Virus record (IMG/VR): IMGVR_UViG_3300002461_000812
Span: 1-64,000 of that record
Strand: one strand, 5' to 3'
Length of the DNA stretch: 64,000 nucleotides
Origin: a virus
How positions within the stretch are numbered: position 1 is the stretch's first letter; every line of letters starts with the position of its first letter. Shown piece by piece: positions 60,581-64,000 of this stretch. The notes beneath the pieces were generated by a model. It was not told the origin of the DNA. It searched no databases and worked only from the letters and a program-made list of their open reading frames with translations. A program made the position numbers and the translations under genes.

Positions 60581-62098
60581 ATGGAAGCAAGGCAGATGAT
60601 GGAGGCGGGGAAGCAGTCCGTCAGGGACGAGTCCTACACCGCACTCCTGGAGAGCAAGTGGGGCCGGTTCCTCGGCGGCGTGAAGGATGGCTACACCCGC
60701 AAGACGATGGCGATTCTCTTCGAGAACCAGCTCGGCGACATGCAGCGCCAGCTCTCGGAGGACACGCTCGCCGTCAACGCGGGGTCGTACACCAAGTACA
60801 TCTTCCCGGTGCTGCGTCGCGTGTTCCCGAACCTGATCGCGAACGAGATCGTCTCGGTGCAGCCGATGACGGCCCCGGTCGGCGCGGTCTTCTACTTCGA
60901 GTACAAGCACGGCAAGGCCAAGGGCACGACCGTCGCTGGCTCGAACCTCATCCAGAACTTCGACCGTGACTACACCTCGGAGAAGGTCACGGACGAGACG
61001 CTCGCGATTCCCGACGGCGTCCTCTACGGCGGCGCTGGCGCGGCGCTCTCGTGCGTCCTCCAGTACAGCCCGGTTCGTCCGCTCAGTGCGTCGGACGGCT
61101 ACTCGGTGCTGATCCAGGACGTGGATGCTGACGGCACCGTCGTGCAGGAAGCGACCGACAACGGCAGCGGCGGCTTCACTGGCGACACGAGCGCGGGCTC
61201 GATCAACTACGCGACCGGTCAGGTCACCGCCTTCAAGTTCACGGCGGCTCCCACGGCTGGCGCGGGTCGGAAGATCGTCGCCACGTACTTCTACGACTCG
61301 GAAGGCAACCGTCAGGTTCCCGATGTCTTCATCGACATCGACTTCGAGACCATCCGCGCTCGCACGCGCAAGCTCAAGGCGCGCTGGTCGGCGGAAGCGG
61401 CGGATGACCTTCGCTCGCTCCACGGCATCGACGCGGAGACCGAGCTGGTCAGCGGCATCTCCCAGGAGATCTCGCTGGAGCTGGATCGTGACATCCTCGA
61501 TCAGCTCTTCGCGGCCTCGGCCACCACGACCTCGACGTTCGACTTCACGGTGCCCGCTGGCGTGACGGAGCTGGATCACATCCGCTCGGTCCTCACCCGC
61601 ATGAGCGCGGTCAGCTTCCTGATCCACAAGAAGACCCTCCGCGCTCCCGCGAACTGGTTCGTCACCAGCCCCGAGATCTCGGCGAAGCTCGTGCAGCTCC
61701 AGACGCACGGCGACTACCAGCCGCCGTGGATGAGCCAGTTCGGTCCCAACCCGATGGGCGGCGCTGGCGGCGGCTCCTCGTACGACGGCACCGTGGTTCC
61801 CCCGAGCTACGGCCCGATCTCGTCGCACCAGGGCATCATCAAGATGGGCGCCCTGTCCAACAAGTGGTACGGCTACCAGGACCCGTTCTTCCGGTTCAAC
61901 CAGATCATGCTCGGCCTTCGCGGCCAGAGCTACCTGGATGCCGGGTTCGTGTTCGCGCCGTACGTCCCCCTCCAGATGACGCCGACGTTCCTCGATCCCG
62001 AGGACCAGACGTACCGCAAGGGGATGCGCACCCGCTACGCGACCAAGCTGCTCCGCTCGGAGTGGTACGGCCGCGTGACGATCACCGGCGGCCTCTGA
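60581..62098 (+). CDS. major capsid protein, T4 gp23-like
   Basis: PNLIANEIVSVQPMTAPVGAVFYFEY matches the gp23-family signature as I recall it. Followed by a canonical terminator. Confidence 0.85.
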   Translation: MEARQMMEAGKQSVRDESYTALLESKWGRFLGGVKDGYTRKTMAILFENQLGDMQRQLSEDTLAVNAGSYTKYIFPVLRRVFPNLIANEIVSVQPMTAPVGAVFYFEYKHGKAKGTTVAGSNLIQNFDRDYTSEKVTDETLAIPDGVLYGGAGAALSCVLQYSPVRPLSASDGYSVLIQDVDADGTVVQEATDNGSGGFTGDTSAGSINYATGQVTAFKFTAAPTAGAGRKIVATYFYDSEGNRQVPDVFIDIDFETIRARTRKLKARWSAEAADDLRSLHGIDAETELVSGISQEISLELDRDILDQLFAASATTTSTFDFTVPAGVTELDHIRSVLTRMSAVSFLIHKKTLRAPANWFVTSPEISAKLVQLQTHGDYQPPWMSQFGPNPMGGAGGGSSYDGTVVPPSYGPISSHQGIIKMGALSNKWYGYQDPFFRFNQIMLGLRGQSYLDAGFVFAPYVPLQMTPTFLDPEDQTYRKGMRTRYATKLLRSEWYGRVTITGGL

Positions 62099-62129
62099 GC
62101 CACTGAGGGAGCAAGACCCTCGCACGATG

Positions 62130-62171
62130 GAAGGGCTTCGAGGCTACGGTCTCGGGGCCCTTCGTCTTTTT
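62130..62171 (+). terminator. rho-independent terminator after the major capsid gene
   Basis: GAAGGGC..CGAG-loop-CTCG..GCCCTTC followed by GTCTTTTT. Confidence 0.8.
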
Positions 62172-62210
62172 GGAACCTGGGCTGTCTTCGGCGTCTGGTG
62201 TAGGATGGTC

Positions 62211-62225
62211 TCCCAACGGTTGGGA
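62211..62225. promoter_or_regulatory. 15-bp palindrome TCCCAACGGTTGGGA
   Basis: 7-1-7 palindrome in the gap downstream of the capsid terminator. Confidence 0.35.
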
Positions 62226-62263
62226 CCGCATCGTCAACACGAACCCTCTCGGAGAAGCAGACC

Positions 62264-62704
62264 ATGAGCACGCCCCGTTTCAAGAAGCACAAGAACTGGA
62301 TCGGCAAGGACCTCACCCTCCACATCGGTGGCGGGGACCGGAAGATCAAGGACCACGACGTTCTCGAAGGCTCCCAGTGGGCCAAGTTCGTCGGCATGGG
62401 CTTCCTGACTCAGATCGCCGACAGCGCGGAGCTGATCAAGGCGGCGGCTCCCGTGAGCCCTCCCGCGGATCCCCCGGGCGTCAAGTCCGAGGGCTCGGTG
62501 ACGAAGTCCAGCGCCGGCAAGGTCAGCATGGGCGAGGCCAAGGGCGGCAAGGGCGGAGGCAAGGGCAAGGGTCATCACGTCGAGAAGGAGCCCGAGGCCA
62601 AGGTCGAGACCGAGGTCAAGACCGAGACCGCCGAGACCGAGCCCAAGACCGACGAGCCCCCGGTCGACTCGGAGCCCAAGACCGACGAGACCAAGAGCGA
62701 GTGA
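62264..62704 (+). CDS. hypothetical head-associated protein with a low-complexity acidic tail
   Basis: ORF track. GKGGGKGKG followed by EPKTDE repeats. Confidence 0.65.
   Translation: MSTPRFKKHKNWIGKDLTLHIGGGDRKIKDHDVLEGSQWAKFVGMGFLTQIADSAELIKAAAPVSPPADPPGVKSEGSVTKSSAGKVSMGEAKGGKGGGKGKGHHVEKEPEAKVETEVKTETAETEPKTDEPPVDSEPKTDETKSE
62639..62689. repeat. 18-bp direct repeat GAGCCCAAGACCGACGAG (2 copies) within a low-complexity coding tail
   Basis: Copies at 62639-62656 and 62672-62689, each encoding EPKTDE. Confidence 0.8.
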
Positions 62705-62741
62705 TCGTGCCCCCGGAAGGGGGTAGGGAAGGTGACGAGCC

Positions 62742-63527
62742 ATGACCGACCCGATGAACAAGACGGAAGCCATCGAGTGGCTCAAGCTCCAACTCGGTGG
62801 CGGAGTCGTTGTGATCGAGCTGCTCAAGGAGCACTTCGACACGGCGTTCAACGACGCGCTGCGGTGGTACGTCGCCCGCAAGGGGATCAAGCGTAGGGCG
62901 GTGGTCAATCTCTCCCCGAGCATCGTGGACTACGTGATGCCCGACGACTGCGACGTGGTCATCAACGTGATCTTCCCGGGGGTCGCGCTCGACATCATCG
63001 GCGCCGTCAACCCCTACAGCTTCATCGACGTGGATCAGCTCCCGGTGGCTCACGCTTCCATCACCGGGGTGCCTGGGGGTCAGTTCTACTCGACCTTCAA
63101 GCTCATCCTCCAGCACGCCGAGACGGCCAGGCGGATCGTTGGATCCGAGCCGGCCTGGGAATACGACAAGGGCACCAACACGGTCCACGTCTACCCGAAC
63201 TCGCAGCGGTCGGGGGCCATGGTGGCGGAGTACCTCTCGACGATCGTGGTCGCCGACGATCCGGTGTCTCCAGCCGTGACGCCCGTCAACGACTTCCGGA
63301 GGCGGATGACCTTCCGCGACCGGGACATCATCCTGCGGTACGCCCACGCGAAGACGAAGTGGATGCTCTCGCGTGTGCGCGGGAAGTACACCGATGGGAT
63401 GCCGAGCGCCGGTGGGTCGAAGAACCTCGACGGCGACACGCTCCTGGGTGAAGCTCAGGGAGAGATCGAGGCGCTCAACGAGGAGATCAAGGCCCTCAGC
63501 GAGCCCGTCGGCTTCATCACCGGGTGA
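62742..63527 (+). CDS. hypothetical structural protein (possible neck/head-completion protein)
   Basis: ORF track. The functional guess rests on position only. Confidence 0.6.
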   Translation: MTDPMNKTEAIEWLKLQLGGGVVVIELLKEHFDTAFNDALRWYVARKGIKRRAVVNLSPSIVDYVMPDDCDVVINVIFPGVALDIIGAVNPYSFIDVDQLPVAHASITGVPGGQFYSTFKLILQHAETARRIVGSEPAWEYDKGTNTVHVYPNSQRSGAMVAEYLSTIVVADDPVSPAVTPVNDFRRRMTFRDRDIILRYAHAKTKWMLSRVRGKYTDGMPSAGGSKNLDGDTLLGEAQGEIEALNEEIKALSEPVGFITG

Positions 63528-63529
63528 CG

Positions 63530-64000
63530 ATGGACCGCGTATCCCTGAACGACGTGATCGACGCTTCCAGGCCCAGGACATACCTGGTCCGGCAGGGGCA
63601 GATCGTCGTTCGTCCGCGTGAGGGCGAGATCGACGAGGGGCTGCGCGACTTCCTCAAGTCGATCGCCAAGCGCGCGGTCTCCAAGGGAACCGAGGCCATC
63701 CGCAAGGCCCTCGGCAAGAAGAAGCCGAGTGAGGTCCAGAAGAAGGCCGAGAAGAGCGGGGCGCAGGCGCCCGAGGCTCCCGAGAAGACCGCGACGCCGC
63801 CGACGGTGAGCAAGGCCGATCGTGCTGACCAGGAGGCGGACAAGGCGAAGAAGCGCGCCGCCGAGAAGGTGAGGGCGGCGGCAGCCGAGGCGGAGCGCCC
63901 GAGGACGCCGTCCGAGAAGCGCGCCGCAACGGTGGCGGCCAAGCGGAAGGCGGCCATGAAGGCCGCCATCGACGCCAACAAGGTGGCCAGGCAGAAGCGC
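63530..64000 (+). CDS. hypothetical Lys/Ala-rich protein (3' end outside the window)
   Basis: Absent from the ORF track because it is open at the window edge. From ATG 63530 my translation is MDRVSLNDVIDASRPRTYLVRQGQIVV..., with no stop before position 64000. Confidence 0.6.
   Translation, partial: MDRVSLNDVIDASRPRTYLVRQGQIVVRPREGEIDEGLRDFLKSIAKRAVSKGTEAIRKALGKKKPSEVQKKAEKSGAQAPEAPEKTATPPTVSKADRADQEADKAKKRAAEKVRAAAAEAERPRTPSEKRAATVAAKRKAAMKAAIDANKVARQKR

Larger units (their letters stand above)
1..64000. mobile_element. Segment of a GC-rich tailed dsDNA phage or prophage genome (nucleotide metabolism, accessory, replication/recombination and head-morphogenesis modules)
   Basis: Terminase-portal-protease-capsid gene order at 51967-62098. 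DnaC/DnaB/primase/SSB/RecA block at 38300-47714. Phage-typical DUF3310, MazG and ThyX. Tightly packed genes with ATGA/GTGA overlaps. No host housekeeping genes seen. Confidence 0.9.

Noticed and set aside
1-64000. CRISPR arrays, rRNA genes, an integrase or attachment sites, and transposase genes.
   Set aside because: I found no regularly spaced direct repeats, no rRNA-like sequence, and no recombinase or transposase motifs in any translated ORF. The only tRNA is internal to a phage operon and has no adjacent integrase.

Overview
The window reads as one continuous piece of a GC-rich tailed dsDNA phage or prophage genome. I saw no host housekeeping genes, rRNA, CRISPR array or integrase. All function calls rest on motifs I recognised by eye in the supplied translations, with no database search. 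Many starts were re-picked inside the longer ORF-track frames, because high GC creates long spurious ORFs on the opposite strand.

Layout:
- 1-7661 (minus strand): small unknown genes plus a nucleotide-metabolism set, namely DUF2493/SLOG, MazG-like, an XRE HTH protein, ThyX and DUF3310.
- 7864-10522 (plus): a self-contained histidine kinase, two receiver proteins and a tail-anchored coiled-coil protein.
- 10467-13784 (minus): unknown genes, including a protein with an HExxH motif.
- 13909-19657 (plus): unknown genes, apparently early, driven by two near-identical leaderless promoters. One is a GHKL-ATPase fused to an HExxH region.
- 19928-29190: a Rep_1-like HUH protein, a UvrD-like helicase, an inverted cassette carrying a KH-domain protein, an SNF2 helicase and a ParB-like protein.
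- 29191-29479: a highly structured non-coding region.
- 29480-37133: an accessory block with a 991-aa protein, an RRM protein, a DNA methyltransferase, a (p)ppGpp-hydrolase-like HD protein, a secreted protein and an inverted gene with a His/Cys motif.
- 37171-51911: replication and recombination genes, namely a DnaC-like loader, DnaB, tRNA-Arg(CCT), a GroES-like protein, primase, an SSB-like protein, an SF2 helicase, a RecA with a large insertion and three nuclease-like genes.
- 51967-64000: head morphogenesis, namely terminase, portal, gp21-like protease/scaffold and gp23-like capsid.

Transcription seems to use a family of TTGAC(A/T)-N16-TAAGAT-like promoters. Several of them embed the upstream gene's stop codon in the -35 hexamer.

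The observations most worth follow-up are the phage-borne two-component cassette, the structured element and palindromes after the ParB-like gene, the GHKL-HExxH fusion, the 991-aa protein with repeated ESLDEA motifs, the alarmone-hydrolase island, the Rep-like gene and the RecA insertion.
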